From Anthoceros angustus (taxonomy: Eukaryota; Plantae; Anthocerotophyta), in contig MU008154.1 of the NCBI GenBank assembly GCA_010909165.1, forward strand, positions 1,353,478 through 1,417,477: 64,000 nucleotides of DNA, in the 5' to 3' direction. Numbering within the stretch: the stretch's first letter is position 1; every line of letters begins with the position of its first letter. The translations under genes and the position numbers were made by a program. Shown one piece after another: positions 63,501-64,000 of this stretch. The notes below the pieces were generated by a model, which was not told where the DNA came from, did no database searches, and saw nothing but the letters and a program-made list of their open reading frames with translations.

Positions 63501-64000
63501 GGACCCGCTCAGCGCTCCGTCGCGCAAAGCTTGCTCGCCGTTCTTGAGGGTAGTTCGCTCACGCCGGTTTTGTATGCCCGTTAAACTTGCTTTTTTAAGC
63601 GCCCGGCCATAACTCGTTCACCTCTCCAGTGAATAATTACTTTAAGTTAGGGTTTCCTGGTTGCTCCAACTAGCCGATGGTTCGAACCCCGGTGGGCACA
63701 TTATTAACGCCGCCATGTTGTACCTACAGGTTAACGTCTACCGCTTTTTCCCATTGCGGTTTGTTTTAATTACAAACCATAATGACTTTCCCGTTACTTG
63801 CCTCCACTGCAAGCATTAGTAACTTAACGACGTTTTCTTCAACAATGGTTTTATATGGTTGGTGACTGTTATTCAGCAAACGGCCTCCCAGGAAGGCTTA
63901 GACATTTCAGCGTATCTGATGTTAGAATGAACCTTGCCTTCTTTCAATTCCTCCACTATCGTCCTACCTCGGAAGACGCCCAACAAAATGCTTGGCCACT

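Overview
Eukaryotic (land-plant) nuclear DNA with no prokaryotic features. Short GT-AG introns, a GRAS gene, a plastid-targeted DUF760 gene and AAACCCTAA telo-boxes point to a land plant; a compact non-seed plant is my inference only. Layout: (1) 1-20 kb is degenerate repeat/transposon DNA, with a MULE/FAR1-type transposase remnant with SWIM finger, a GC-rich ORF remnant with a ParB-like GHHR motif, and a ~187-bp satellite. (2) 21-36.5 kb is a clean gene-dense island: PAT1-type GRAS ->, <- MAN1/Src1-like, PPAN ->, <- RPS18, then a ~4.1-kb tandem duplicate (MAN1 5' fragment, PPAN pseudogene, second RPS18), then intronless SCAI ->. (3) 38.3-47.1 kb is a minus-strand Ty3/Gypsy-type retrotransposon whose pol frame carries a C5 DNA methyltransferase domain upstream of RT and a PHD finger after the integrase; a non-autonomous CACTA element with a 3-bp TSD splits its RT. 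(4) 47-64 kb holds further transposon remnants, a DUF760 gene and an AT-rich relative of the Gypsy element. Best findings: the DNMT+PHD retrotransposon; the duplicated RPS18 copy that lost its own promoter yet shows only synonymous changes; a templated inverted filler at that duplication junction; and several tandem duplications with junctional microhomology. Caveat: duplicated copies in the repeat regions differ by many small indels, which looks like unpolished long-read error, so ORF breaks and copy numbers there may be partly artefactual. All family assignments are by eye, without database searches.
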